From assembly GCA_963779415.1 (NCBI GenBank), contig CAVZYA010000001.1, positions 1,344,001-1,408,000 of the forward strand: 64,000 nt of DNA. Reading direction: 5' to 3'. A program made the position numbers and the translations under genes. Source of the DNA: an uncultured Acidobacteriota bacterium (GTDB taxonomy: Bacteria; Acidobacteriota; Thermoanaerobaculia; UBA5066). Below the pieces are notes generated by a model. That model saw only the letters and a program-made list of their open reading frames with translations, had not been told where the DNA came from and made no database searches. Below, piece by piece: positions 46,485 to 55,932 of the stretch. Position 1 is the stretch's first letter, and each line of letters begins with the position of its first letter.

Positions 46485-47506
46485 GGGGTCAGGTCTTGCA
46501 CCTGTAGTCTACTCGCCGACGCCATCCGTCAGATCCCTGAGCCGCCCCTTCAGCTCCGCGTTCTTCCGAAGGACGGCCTCCCCTTCGGCGGCGAGCCGCG
46601 AGGCCTGCGCCTCTCCCACACCAAGGAGAGCCCCGATCTCCGCCAGCCTGACGAGACCCCGCCTCCGAAGTATCAGCGCCACGGCCTTCCGCTCACCGGA
46701 GAGCAGGCGCGTGCGGCTCGCCAGGCTCTTGCCGTCACATCCGAGGGCCTCGAGGCACTCCTCGAACAGCTCGCCCTTGGGCCGAGGTGCGCTCTGGCCC
46801 TGGGGCCTTGGCACCTCCCGCCCCTTTCGTCCGGTGGCCCCCCGCCGGAGGGACTCCTTTCGAAACTCCTCCGATCCGAGGTAGATCTGACCCTGGACCT
46901 CTTTCCACGGCTCGTAGCCCCCGGCCGCCCCTTCCGCCACGAAACGCCGATAGGCCACCACCGCCTTGGCCCGCGTCCTGCCGAACTGATCGAGCGTCCA
47001 GGCCGTCTCGAGCCACTCCGGGGCTTCCGTCAGCCCCGCCGTCGCGCGGTAGCTGCTCCAGCGCCACTCCTTCGCCCCCCGCACGACTCCGGCCCGGACG
47101 GGGTTGAGGACGACATACCGGCAGAGCTCGAGAAGGTGGGCTTCCTTCTCGACGAGGATGGCCTTGAAGCGCCCCTGGAAGAGATGACCGGCGCGCCTGT
47201 GGGAACGATTGAAGCCCTGCGTATAGATACCGTTGAGCTGCCGCATTCCACGGGAGAGGGTCGGCTCCGGCGTTTCGAGCAGCAGGTGATAGTGGTTTCC
47301 CATCAACACGTATGCATGGAGCCGCCAGCGGAAGAGGGAGACGGTCCGGCAGAGGACGGCGAGAAACCGATGCCGGTCGCCGTCGTCGCGAAAGACGTCC
47401 CGCCGCTCGTTCCCGCGGCAGGTGACGTGCCAGACGGCTCCCGGAAATTCCAGTCGAAGAGGTCGGCTCATGCCATGAGCATACTATAGCTGCAAGACCT
47501 GACCCT
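46485..47506. mobile_element. Y1/HUH transposase element with ~23-bp terminal inverted repeats
   Basis: GGGTCAGGTCTTGCACCTGTAGT (46486-46508) versus ACTATAGCTGCAAGACCTGACCC (47483-47505): 21/23 inverted match, outer 15 bp perfect. Confidence 0.88.
46509..47471 (-). CDS. REP-associated/IS200-like Y1 tyrosine transposase (RAYT-like) with C-terminal HTH
   Basis: RPLRLEFPGAVWHVTCRGN, YVLMGNHYHLL (HUH), GHLFQGRF, RYVVLNPVRAG, WSSY. Confidence 0.92.
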   Translation of the reverse strand: MSRPLRLEFPGAVWHVTCRGNERRDVFRDDGDRHRFLAVLCRTVSLFRWRLHAYVLMGNHYHLLLETPEPTLSRGMRQLNGIYTQGFNRSHRRAGHLFQGRFKAILVEKEAHLLELCRYVVLNPVRAGVVRGAKEWRWSSYRATAGLTEAPEWLETAWTLDQFGRTRAKAVVAYRRFVAEGAAGGYEPWKEVQGQIYLGSEEFRKESLRRGATGRKGREVPRPQGQSAPRPKGELFEECLEALGCDGKSLASRTRLLSGERKAVALILRRRGLVRLAEIGALLGVGEAQASRLAAEGEAVLRKNAELKGRLRDLTDGVGE

Positions 47507-47540
47507 GGCGCGCTTTGGCGCGCTTGACCCTGGCGCGCTT
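47500..47540 (+). repeat. 16-bp duplication TGACCCTGGCGCGCTT (47500, 47525) with an intervening 9-bp partial copy
   Basis: Read directly; overlaps the right end of the element. Confidence 0.9.
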
Positions 47541-47572
47541 CACCGGGGGCCGACCGCCCCCGCCTAGGGCGG

Positions 47573-47719
47573 TCAGCATCCGGTATCGACGTCCGCCGTT
47601 CGGAAGCCCTTTTCGAGGAAGGCATTCAAGGCCTCGAACCAGCGCCGCCAGGTCGCTCCCCACCGCTCCATGCGACTGCTCGCGCGGCCATCGTCGCCCC
47701 CGACCCTGGATTCCCGCAT
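47573..47719 (-). CDS. Putative 48-aa small protein
   Basis: MRESRVGGDDGRASSRMERWGATWRRWFEALNAFLEKGFRTADVDTGC; G-rich SD; followed by hairpin GACCGCCC-N7-GGGCGGTC. Confidence 0.4.
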   Translation of the reverse strand: MRESRVGGDDGRASSRMERWGATWRRWFEALNAFLEKGFRTADVDTGC

Positions 47720-47811
47720 GGCGTTATTCCCCCCGGAGAAAGAATACAGGCGTTCGGGACTCGCGTGCCAACGCGTCGTTCACCCGGCGGTCGGTGAATG
47801 CCGCCGTCCCG

Positions 47812-48465
47812 TCAGAGCTTCAGGCCGAGGAGAAGGCCGTCGGGAGTCGGAATGCAGGCGGTAGCGAAGGCGCGGGCGGACTCTTCGTGGAAGCGGCGCA
47901 TCGCGGCCGCCTCGGCGCTCTTTCCCATCAGCTTGCCGAAGAGGTAGACGTTGTCGGCGAGGAGGAGGCCGCCGGGCCGGAGGGCCTTCGCGGCCCACCG
48001 GCCGTAGGCGTCGTAGTTCCCCTTGTCGGCGTCGATGAAGACGGCGTCGAACGGCGCGTGACGATCGAGCGACGGGAGGACGGCGAGGGCCGCCCCTTCG
48101 AGAACCGTGGCACGGTCGGAGAGGCCCGCCGATTCGAGGCTTTCGCGCGCCACGGCCGCATGCTTCGGATCGGCCTCGATCGTCCAGAGCCGGCCCTCGA
48201 CGGGGAGCGCCCGCGCAATCCGGATCGCGGAGTAGCCGGCCAGGGTTCCAATCTCCACGACGCGCCGCGCTCCGGCGAGCCCGAGGAGCAGCTCGAGCAG
48301 CCGCGCCTCGGAGACGCCGAGATGGATCGGCGGCATCCGATGCCGCCCCGGGGCGTCGAACGCACTCTGGAGCGCCGCGTCGTGCGGCGCGTGAAGCTCC
48401 TCCAGCCAGCGGAGGATCGGCGGCGTGGCGTACGCCTCCCCGCCGCGTGAGCGGGGGTTAGCCAT
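47812..48465 (-). CDS. O-methyltransferase (caffeoyl-CoA/YrrM family)
   Basis: VEIGTLAGYS, FDAVFIDADK, LRPGGLLLADNV. Confidence 0.92.
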   Translation of the reverse strand: MANPRSRGGEAYATPPILRWLEELHAPHDAALQSAFDAPGRHRMPPIHLGVSEARLLELLLGLAGARRVVEIGTLAGYSAIRIARALPVEGRLWTIEADPKHAAVARESLESAGLSDRATVLEGAALAVLPSLDRHAPFDAVFIDADKGNYDAYGRWAAKALRPGGLLLADNVYLFGKLMGKSAEAAAMRRFHEESARAFATACIPTPDGLLLGLKL

Positions 48466-48555
48466 TCTCGGCGCGGGATCCGGTCTTCCAGGTCGCGATC
48501 TTCAGCGATCGATTCTGGTCCCTGACGGCCGGCGCCGCTTCATGCAGAGCGCCGG

Positions 48556-49521
48556 TCATTCCTCTTCGACCGGGCTCCAGCTCTTGTCGGGGTTGAAGAG
48601 CTCCATGGTCTTGAAGTTCTCGAGCGTCTTCTTGGCGAAGTCCTTCTCCCAGACGACGCCGTCATTGGAGACCATGAAAGTCTTCACGCCGGTCACCCGG
48701 TAGTCGGCTGGCGCCGCGACGAGGGCGAAGCCGCCGATCATCGCGCCCTCCACGACGAAGTCCATCTGCCCCATCGGCGCCGCCGGGCCCTGCCCCTTCA
48801 GGACCTTGAAGTAGTAGCCGTGGTACGGCTCCATCTTGCTGTGGTACCCCTCGGCGATCACGCGCGCGATGTTCTCGCCGACCGGCCCTTCCCACTTCCC
48901 ATCGGCCGCCTGCCACGCGAGGCCGTCCTGTTTTCCCGGCGTCGAGATGATCCGCTGCGCGTACTGGTTCACGCGCGCGCCGTCGTGCTTCTTCGAGGCG
49001 TAGTCGTCCTGCGCCTCGACGTATCCCCGGCAGATCTGGATGGCGTCCAGCTCGTTCCGGCCGATCCGGCGAAAGAGGATCTCCTGGCGCCCCTTCTTCG
49101 AGTCGAACCGCCAGCCCGCCGCCGTCTTGACGATCGGGATCGGAAGGGGCCAGTCGTTCTCGCCGACGACGAGGGTCGCGGAGTTCGGATGCTTCGGGTC
49201 GATGACGACCGTTTTCTTCGTACGGGCCCGGGCCGCGAAATCCACGGCGTATTTCCTGTCCTGGACCGCGTCTTCGGAGGTGACGAGGCTGACGCCGTCC
49301 GGACCGAGGATCCCCTTCAGGGCGGCGACGTCGAACGACTCGGCCGCGGAGACCAGCGCGTCGGCCGCCGTCTCCGGGGTCAGGAAGAATTTCTGCTTCG
49401 CCAAAGGAACGGTGGCCGGTTTCACGGCATTCGCCGGAGCGGCGCCGGCGGCGAACGTGAAGGAGAGCGCGCACGCGAGCGCGCCGAGGAATTTCATCGT
49501 CTTCGAAGTCATGGCGCTCAC
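48556..49521 (-). CDS. DUF2950 protein
   Basis: WPLPIPIVK, RRIGRNEL, STPGKQDGLAW, PYHGYYFK, YRVTGVKTF. Confidence 0.9.
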   Translation of the reverse strand: MSAMTSKTMKFLGALACALSFTFAAGAAPANAVKPATVPLAKQKFFLTPETAADALVSAAESFDVAALKGILGPDGVSLVTSEDAVQDRKYAVDFAARARTKKTVVIDPKHPNSATLVVGENDWPLPIPIVKTAAGWRFDSKKGRQEILFRRIGRNELDAIQICRGYVEAQDDYASKKHDGARVNQYAQRIISTPGKQDGLAWQAADGKWEGPVGENIARVIAEGYHSKMEPYHGYYFKVLKGQGPAAPMGQMDFVVEGAMIGGFALVAAPADYRVTGVKTFMVSNDGVVWEKDFAKKTLENFKTMELFNPDKSWSPVEEE

Positions 49522-50947
49522 CTCCGTCCCCCGCGGCCGCCACCACCGCCGCGGCTTCCGCCGCCGCCGCGCGAGCCCATGCTGGAGGCCCCGCGCGAGC
49601 TGCTCGCCGAGGCGCTGCGCCCACTGTAGCCTCCGGATCCACCGCTGAATCCGCTGCCGCCGCCCCGGGAGCCGCCTCCGGACGACATGTCGCGGCTGCC
49701 GACACGGTCGGCGCCGCCGCCTCCTCCTCCGAAGCCTCCACCTCCGGCGGAGCGATCACTCACGCCGGCCCCGCTGCGGCTGCCCGAGCCTCCCGCGGAA
49801 CGGTCGCTGACTCCCGCCCCGCCCCGGTTCCCGCCGCTGCTTCCGAGGCTTCCCCCGCCGAGCGCCGCCTGGCCTCCGCCGCCGCGCGATCCCGCGCCTT
49901 GCTGCCGGGCGCTCGCCTGCTGCCGGCTGGAGAGAGAGTCGCCCCGGGCCGAGCCGCCGTACTTGTTCGCCGTGGCCTTGTTGGAGTAAGGCGTGCCGCC
50001 CCGGTGCGAGGGGTTGTGCGACCAGTTGTTTCCCCCCTGGCCCCGGCCGCCCTGGCCCCGATGCCCTGGCCCCGGTCGCCCTGGCCCCGGTCGCCGCGGT
50101 TGATGTCGGTGTTCCGGTTGAAGTTGTTGTTGTGGTTGATGTAGACGTTGTTCCCGCCGCCGCCCCAGCCGCAGCCGCAGCACGACCCGCCCCAGATCGC
50201 CGCGCCCCACGCCATGCCGATGCCGAAGGAGATCAGGGCGGTGCCGGGGTAGTACGGCGGGTAGTAGATGGGCGGATACGGGTAGTACGACGCGCCGTAG
50301 ACGACCGTCGGGCTATAGGAAGGGACGTAGACGACCTCGGGGTTCGCCGGCTGGATGATGATCGTCTCCTTTTGCTCGATGACCTTCGTCTCGACCTTCT
50401 GCTGCTCGTTCGAGGCGAGGCTCCCCTTGTCCTTCGCCTTCTTCCGCATCCGCTGGCAGGCGTCCATGACGTCCTGCTGCTGGTCGAGGAAGGCGTTTCC
50501 GAGGTCTGTCGTCCACTGGATGTCGTCCGTCAGCCGCTTCAAGGCCTCCGGAATCGCGGCCATCGACTGGACGGACGGATCCCACGGCTGCTTGGCCACG
50601 GCATCCGCGAGGGCCTTGTCCTTCAGCTCCTTGTGCTTCGCCAGCCACTGCTGAAGCTGCATCAGCTCGAGCGGGTAGGTCGATGCGGCGAGCACCTGCG
50701 CGAGGAGGTCGTCCGGGTAGAGCGCCACCGGCGCGACGAGGGAGTCGAGCTGGTCGGGCGGGAGCTTCGCGACCTCCTCGGCAGGTCCCCCTGCGGCCGC
50801 GACCGCCGCCGCGGCGGACGCCGTGGTCGGCACCTGTTGGGCCAGGAGGACGGCGTCCCCCGGCCCGAGGAGTGCGGCGCAGAGGACCGCGAGGGCGCCC
50901 CGAATCGTGGAGCCGAAGGCCCGTGGACGAAGGGTGAAGGGCTTCAT
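49518..50947 (-). CDS. DUF3300 protein with Gly-rich tail; 1-nt frameshift near 50071
   Basis: LDSLVAPVALYPD.LLAQVLAASTYP, WDPSV, VYVPSY; one unit of the 15-bp GDRGQ repeat is 14 bp. Confidence 0.85.
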
Positions 50948-50961
50948 GGCGATCTTCTCCG

Positions 50962-51864
50962 TCAGCCCGGGATCAGGACGATGAGATAGCGACTCCCCTT
51001 CCAGAACGCCGCGGTGTCCTTCACCTTCAGCAGGCTCCAGCTCGGGGCCTGCGGGGAGACCTCGAAGCTCTCCTTCGGGTGGTCGGTCAGGATCCGGATC
51101 TTGTTCGGCGGCGCCGGGATCGTGATCTCGGTGTCGGTCCTGACGTCGATCTTCCGGAAGAGGGTCTCGTCGAAACGGCCGGTCTGCTTCCAGCTCCCGC
51201 CGAGGCCGAGGACGCTCCCCTTCTTCTCGATGAGGCCCGCCTTCTCCAGCTCGGCCTTCGTCCCGACGACGACGTACGCGATGGCGAGCTTCTGGTCGCG
51301 GTCGACGATCTCCGCTTCCTTCTGCGCCACGGTCGTCTTCAGCTCCTCGGTCACCTTCTGAAGCTCGAGGACCCGCTGCTCCAGCTCGGCGAGGGTCGCT
51401 TCCTTCTCTTCCAGGGAGCGCTTCAGCTCGCCGACGAGCCGCTCGAGGGCCGTCACCTGCGTCGTGAGGATGCCGGCCTTCTTCTCGGCCTCGTTTCTCT
51501 GGCGGGTGACCTGCGCGAGCTTGTCGAGGTTCGCCCGGACGGCCTTTCGGATCTCGTCGATCTCGGCCTTCAGCTCCTCGCGCTTGCCGGAAGTCTTCCC
51601 CTCCTGCATGACGACGAGGGAGGTCCGGATCGCCTGCAGCTCCTTGGAGCGCAGCTCCACGAGCGACCGCTGGACCTCGTCGATCGTGGCCTGGGCCTCG
51701 TCGCTGGCGGCCCCCGCGGCCATCGCCTGCGCCTTCAGCGTCTCGGCCTCCTTCTTCAACTGCTCGTTCTGCTTCTGGGACTCGTCGAGCTTGCTCTTGG
51801 CGACGCAGCCGGAGAGGGCGAGAAGGATCGCGAGGGAGCCGGCGACTGAAGATGAAACGCGCAT
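50962..51864 (-). CDS. Coiled-coil lipoprotein (C-terminus resembles Cbp1-family adhesins)
   Basis: Lipobox LSGC; long heptad region; AYVVVGT..EL..G....G..LG, F.KID, LTDHP..S, FW..S.YL. Confidence 0.7.
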   Translation of the reverse strand: MRVSSSVAGSLAILLALSGCVAKSKLDESQKQNEQLKKEAETLKAQAMAAGAASDEAQATIDEVQRSLVELRSKELQAIRTSLVVMQEGKTSGKREELKAEIDEIRKAVRANLDKLAQVTRQRNEAEKKAGILTTQVTALERLVGELKRSLEEKEATLAELEQRVLELQKVTEELKTTVAQKEAEIVDRDQKLAIAYVVVGTKAELEKAGLIEKKGSVLGLGGSWKQTGRFDETLFRKIDVRTDTEITIPAPPNKIRILTDHPKESFEVSPQAPSWSLLKVKDTAAFWKGSRYLIVLIPG

Positions 51865-51875
51865 CGTCTTCCCTT

Positions 51876-52964
51876 TCATCGGACGGCCGGCTCCAGGAGC
51901 GTGAGCGTTCCCGCGTCGCCGTCCAGCTCGGCCATCGCTCCGATCGGGAGCGTGGCGTTTTCCGGAACATGCCCGAAGCTGAAGCCCGCGACGACCGGGA
52001 TGCCGAGCTTCCCGAACCGGTCCGCGCAGACTTCCTGCCAGGTCCAGGTGCCGAGGCCGCTAAAGGAGGGCTTGTAGAGCCCCGGGCGGCACCCCGCGAA
52101 TTTTCCGAGCGCGACGCCCGCGAGCGTCGAGAGCTTTCCCGAGAGGAGGAATCCCGTCAGCCACCGGTCCAGCCGGTAGGGGTCTTCCTCCACCTCCTCG
52201 AGGAAGAGGATCCGCCCGGCGAGCGGCGGCTCGTACGGCGTCCCGAAGAGAGGCGCCAGAACGCTGATGTTCCCGCCGACGAGGCGCCCTTTTCCTTTTC
52301 CCGGAGCCAGCTTGTAGATCCGGGTGTCCCGCTCGCCGCCGCTGCGCCGGCCCGGCTCTCCGGTGGCGTTCTCGGCGAGCTTCCCGGTCTCGCCGTTCAT
52401 GACGACGCGGCGGAGATTCTCCAGCGCGTACTCGTTCTGCGCCCCGGCCATCGGGCCATGGAACGTGACGAGGCCCGTAATCCGGTGGATCGCGTTGTGG
52501 GTCGCCGTGATGTCGGAAAAGCCGATGTAGGGCTTCGGGTTCTTCCGGATCGTCTGGTAGTCGAGGTACGGAAGGATCCGGGAGGAACCGTAGCCGCCGC
52601 TGATGCACCAGACGCCGGTGACGGCAGGGTCGGCGAAGGCGGCGTTCACGTCGGCCGCGCGGTCGGCGTCTCCGCCGGCCAGGTAGTAGGTCTTCTTCGC
52701 CGCGTTCGGCATCACCTTCGGGACGAAGCCCATCGCGGCCACCGCTTCGGCGGCGATCTCGTTCGACTCGTACTCGTACGACGGCGACGCGGGGCGGACG
52801 AGGGCGACCGTGTCTCCCTTCTTCAGCGCCTTCGGGAAGATCGGTTCGGGTGCGGACCCGGCAGGGGCGGCGGGCGCGGCGGACGAGGCGCGCGAAAGCC
52901 CGAGGAGCGAAGAGACGGAGGCGACTGAGACTCCCCCAAGAAACGAGCGCCTGCTGGTCGCCAT
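51876..52964 (-). CDS. Tat-exported S66 LD-carboxypeptidase
   Basis: SRRSFL Tat motif; GGYG, GFSDIT, GGN, LEEVEE, FGH. Confidence 0.9.
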   Translation of the reverse strand: MATSRRSFLGGVSVASVSSLLGLSRASSAAPAAPAGSAPEPIFPKALKKGDTVALVRPASPSYEYESNEIAAEAVAAMGFVPKVMPNAAKKTYYLAGGDADRAADVNAAFADPAVTGVWCISGGYGSSRILPYLDYQTIRKNPKPYIGFSDITATHNAIHRITGLVTFHGPMAGAQNEYALENLRRVVMNGETGKLAENATGEPGRRSGGERDTRIYKLAPGKGKGRLVGGNISVLAPLFGTPYEPPLAGRILFLEEVEEDPYRLDRWLTGFLLSGKLSTLAGVALGKFAGCRPGLYKPSFSGLGTWTWQEVCADRFGKLGIPVVAGFSFGHVPENATLPIGAMAELDGDAGTLTLLEPAVR

Positions 52965-53067
52965 GCGGTGGATTCTAACCGCCGCCCGGTGCGTCCCCCA
53001 TCGAAGGCGGGCCGAAACGGAAGGGCGGCGAAGGGGATTCCGACTGGTCGTATCCCGGTCGCTCCCT

Positions 53068-53601
53068 TCAGTCGTCGGCGCCGGCCGGCGTCGGCGCGGC
53101 GGACGCCCCGGACGCCGCCATCGCGTGGACACCGAACGCATGGACGAGCTGCCCTCCCTGGTGGGCCGTGTTGGTCAGGACGGCCGCCCCGGCCCCGTAG
53201 AAGATCAGAAACGCGACGTGAAGGGCGACCATCGAACGCCGCTCGAGCTCCTTCCTGAAGACGAGGGGACCGAAGACGATGACGCCGAAGATGACCGTCA
53301 GCGCCGTGAAGAGTACGCGCGTCGCCTCGGCGAGCGCTTCATGGCGCTCCAGGGCCTGGTTGATCTGGGGGCTCCGCTCGGCCAGACGCCCCGCGGCCTC
53401 GCCCGTCGGCACGGCGACGTAGATCGCGATCGTGCCGAGGAGCATCAGGAGAAGCGCGGCCCGGAGAAAGGCGGGACCCGAGGCGCGGCGGACGAGCCCC
53501 AGGACGACAAACAGGGGGGCCACGAGGAGGAGCGCGATCGGGAAGTGGGTCACGAGCGGGTGGAGGCCATCCCAGGTCGGAAGCGGCGGCAGTGCGAGCA
53601 T
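53068..53601 (-). CDS. DUF2231 membrane protein
   Basis: LHPLVTHFPIALL, TG..A, HE..A, GGQLVH..G. Confidence 0.85.
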   Translation of the reverse strand: MLALPPLPTWDGLHPLVTHFPIALLLVAPLFVVLGLVRRASGPAFLRAALLLMLLGTIAIYVAVPTGEAAGRLAERSPQINQALERHEALAEATRVLFTALTVIFGVIVFGPLVFRKELERRSMVALHVAFLIFYGAGAAVLTNTAHQGGQLVHAFGVHAMAASGASAAPTPAGADD

Positions 53602-53694
53602 CTTTCGTCTCTCCGTCAGGTTGAGAGCCCGCCCCGGCCCCTTCCGGGCCGGGGCGTCTCGGGCTCCCGGGGATCGTCCGGCACGTGGCCGGGG

Positions 53695-54330
53695 CTATCC
53701 GACGAGGACGTACTTGTCCTTCGGGTTGAAGCAGGAGATGCACTTCTCGAAGTTCAGGTTCGTCGTGGTGTAGCCGCAGACCGTGCAGACGTAGAAGGTC
53801 TTCTTCGCCGTCTTCCAGGATTCGAGGTTCTGGGACGCGTCGCCGTAGAGCGCGGCGTGCTCGGCCTCGGCCGTCTTCGCGTAAGTGAAGGTCTGCAGGG
53901 CGTCGCGGTTGTTCTCGGCGCGAGCCTGCTTGATGAAATCGGGGTACATCGTGTCGCGCTCGTAGGTCTCGCCCGCGATCGCCGCCTTCAGGTTCTCCTG
54001 CGTCGACTTCACCTCGGGAGTCTTGATGTCGGCCTTCGGGACCGCGTTGAGCTTCTTGATGACGGCCGCATGGCTCGCGGCGTGGATCTCCTCCGCCCGG
54101 GCCGCGGCCCGGAAGAGCCCGGCGACGGCAGGGTACCCGTCCTGGTCGGCCTTCTTGGCGAACGCCAGGTACCGGGCGTGTGCGTTGCTCTCCCCGTCGT
54201 AGGCCGCCTGAAGGTTCGTCAGCGACTTGGTTTCCGGGGCTGGTTTCGTCATCTCGGCGGACGCGCTGAACCCGAGCCCCATGGCGAGGGCGAGGGCGGC
54301 GCCGATGAACGGGAGTTGCGGATACCGCAT
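53695..54330 (-). CDS. rbr: Rubrerythrin with N-terminal signal peptide
   Basis: GESNA..RY..FA, AEEIHA, GETYE..MYP.F, AEAEHA, CTVCGY...CISC; leader ending ASA-E. Confidence 0.9.
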   Translation of the reverse strand: MRYPQLPFIGAALALAMGLGFSASAEMTKPAPETKSLTNLQAAYDGESNAHARYLAFAKKADQDGYPAVAGLFRAAARAEEIHAASHAAVIKKLNAVPKADIKTPEVKSTQENLKAAIAGETYERDTMYPDFIKQARAENNRDALQTFTYAKTAEAEHAALYGDASQNLESWKTAKKTFYVCTVCGYTTTNLNFEKCISCFNPKDKYVLVG

Positions 54331-54374
54331 TGAAGATTTCCTCCTTCAGGCCGGACTGGCCTCGCCTCACGGGG

Positions 54375-54390
54375 AGCAACAGCGATGCCT
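54375..54390 (-). promoter_or_regulatory. Sigma-54 promoter AGGCATCGCTGTTGCT (-24/-12)
   Basis: GG-N10-GC with TTGC, 45 bp upstream of rbr and next to an NtrC-family activator. Confidence 0.8.
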
Positions 54391-54463
54391 CGCACCCGCG
54401 GCTCCCCAAGTGTTTGCCGCGGAGCCGCTTCCTATCGCGTCGAAAGCCCCAGCCCCCTCGGAC

Positions 54464-54512
54464 GTTCGAGAATTTCGACAGCCGGCCACCGTATCGTCGA
54501 AGGATTTCGACG
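54464..54512. promoter_or_regulatory. Paired palindromic enhancer (UAS) sites
   Basis: GTTCGAGAATTTCGAC (54464-54479) and CGTCGAAGGATTTCGACG (54495-54512), about 75-120 bp upstream of the -24 box. Confidence 0.6.
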
Positions 54513-54528
54513 TCCCGGGGCGATCCGG

Positions 54529-55929
54529 TCAATTCGGGGAGCGAGGCCCGAGACCGTGCTTGCGGATCTTGTAGGCGATGTCGCTTCGGGAGATTCCCAG
54601 ACGGCGCGCCGCCTCGGCCTGGATCCCGGAGGCCGACTCGAGGGCGCGCCCCACCAGGCCCTTCTCCACCTCATCCAGCATCCGCCTCAGATCGACGGAG
54701 GGCGGAAGGGAGGAGAGCCACGCCTCGGCGCCCGCAGGAGACGGGACGCCGCTTCGGCCCGAAGCCCCGAGCGCGATCGGGAAGTCATCCGGCTGAAGCT
54801 CCGGCCCCGACGCGAGGATGCAGGCCCGCTCGACGATGTTCCGGAGCTCCCGCACGTTTCCGGGGAAATCGTAGTTCGAGAGGGCTTCGAGCGCGGCGGG
54901 CGAGATCCGCCGCGCCGGAGCCTTCAGCGCGAGAGCCACGCGCGCCAGAAGGCGGTCGACGAGGAGCGGGAGGTCCTCGAGCCGCTCGCGCAGCGGCGGA
55001 ACGAGCAGCGGGACGACGGCGATCCGGTAGTAGAGGTCCTCCCGGAAAAGTCCGTCGCGGACGCGCCCGGACAGGTCCCGGTGCGTCGCGACGAGAAGGC
55101 GCACGTCGACCTTTCTCGGAACGGTCGTGCCGACCCGTACGACCTCTCCGTCCACGAGGACCCTCAGGAGGCGCGCCTGCATCGCCGGGGCCATCTCACC
55201 CACCTCGTCGAGGAAGAGCGTTCCGCGGTGGGCCGCTTCGAAGAGTCCCTGCCGCGGCCGGTCCGCTCCGGTGAAGGCTCCCCGCTCGTGTCCGAAGAGC
55301 TCGCTCTCGAGCAGCGTCTCCGTGAAGGCGGCGCAGTTCACGGGGACGAACGGATGGAGTGCGCGCGGGCTGATCTCGTGGAGGGCCCGGGCGACGAGCT
55401 CCTTCCCGACACCCGTCTCGCCCGTGATCAGGACCGTGGCGCCGGTCGGACCGACGCGCGCGATCATCTCGCGGACCCGCCGCATCGCGGGACTCTCGCC
55501 GACGAGCTCGGTCCCCACCCTGAGTTGCCGGACGGCGCCTTTCAGGTTCTCGTTCTCGCGGACGAGGGCGCTCCGCTCCGACGCGCGACGTACGACCGCG
55601 CGGACGGTCTCCGCGACGAACGGCTTCGTGATGAAGTCGAACGCCCCCTCCTTGAGCGCCGCCACGGCGAGCTCCAAGGTGGCGAAGGCCGTGACGATGA
55701 CGACGGGGAGCGCCGGGTCGGCCTCGCGCGCGGCCGCGACGAGCGACAGCCCTTCGCCGTCGGGCATCTTCTGGTCGGTGATGACGAGGTCGAAGGGCCT
55801 CGTCTCGAGGAGTCGCCGCGCCTCCGCGACGCCGCCTGCCTCCACGGCGACGTGGCCGTCCTCGCCAAGGATCGCCGCGAGGATACGGCGCACGGAGACT
55901 TCGTCGTCGACGAGAAGGACTTGCGCCAT
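54529..55929 (-). CDS. Sigma-54-dependent response regulator (NtrC/AtoC family)
   Basis: REC domain, GETGVGKE, GAFTGA, LDEV, FREDLYYR, PGNVREL, HTH. Confidence 0.95.
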   Translation of the reverse strand: MAQVLLVDDEVSVRRILAAILGEDGHVAVEAGGVAEARRLLETRPFDLVITDQKMPDGEGLSLVAAAREADPALPVVIVTAFATLELAVAALKEGAFDFITKPFVAETVRAVVRRASERSALVRENENLKGAVRQLRVGTELVGESPAMRRVREMIARVGPTGATVLITGETGVGKELVARALHEISPRALHPFVPVNCAAFTETLLESELFGHERGAFTGADRPRQGLFEAAHRGTLFLDEVGEMAPAMQARLLRVLVDGEVVRVGTTVPRKVDVRLLVATHRDLSGRVRDGLFREDLYYRIAVVPLLVPPLRERLEDLPLLVDRLLARVALALKAPARRISPAALEALSNYDFPGNVRELRNIVERACILASGPELQPDDFPIALGASGRSGVPSPAGAEAWLSSLPPSVDLRRMLDEVEKGLVGRALESASGIQAEAARRLGISRSDIAYKIRKHGLGPRSPN

Positions 55930-55932
55930 CCG

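Noticed and set aside
46509-47471. IS200/IS605 element with TnpB or an RNA-guided nuclease
   Set aside because: No tnpB/iscB ORF is present, and the inverted repeats leave no room for a guide RNA.
49518-50100. Gly/Ser/Arg-rich repeats as a separate repeat element
   Set aside because: They are the ordinary low-complexity coding tail of DUF3300 proteins.
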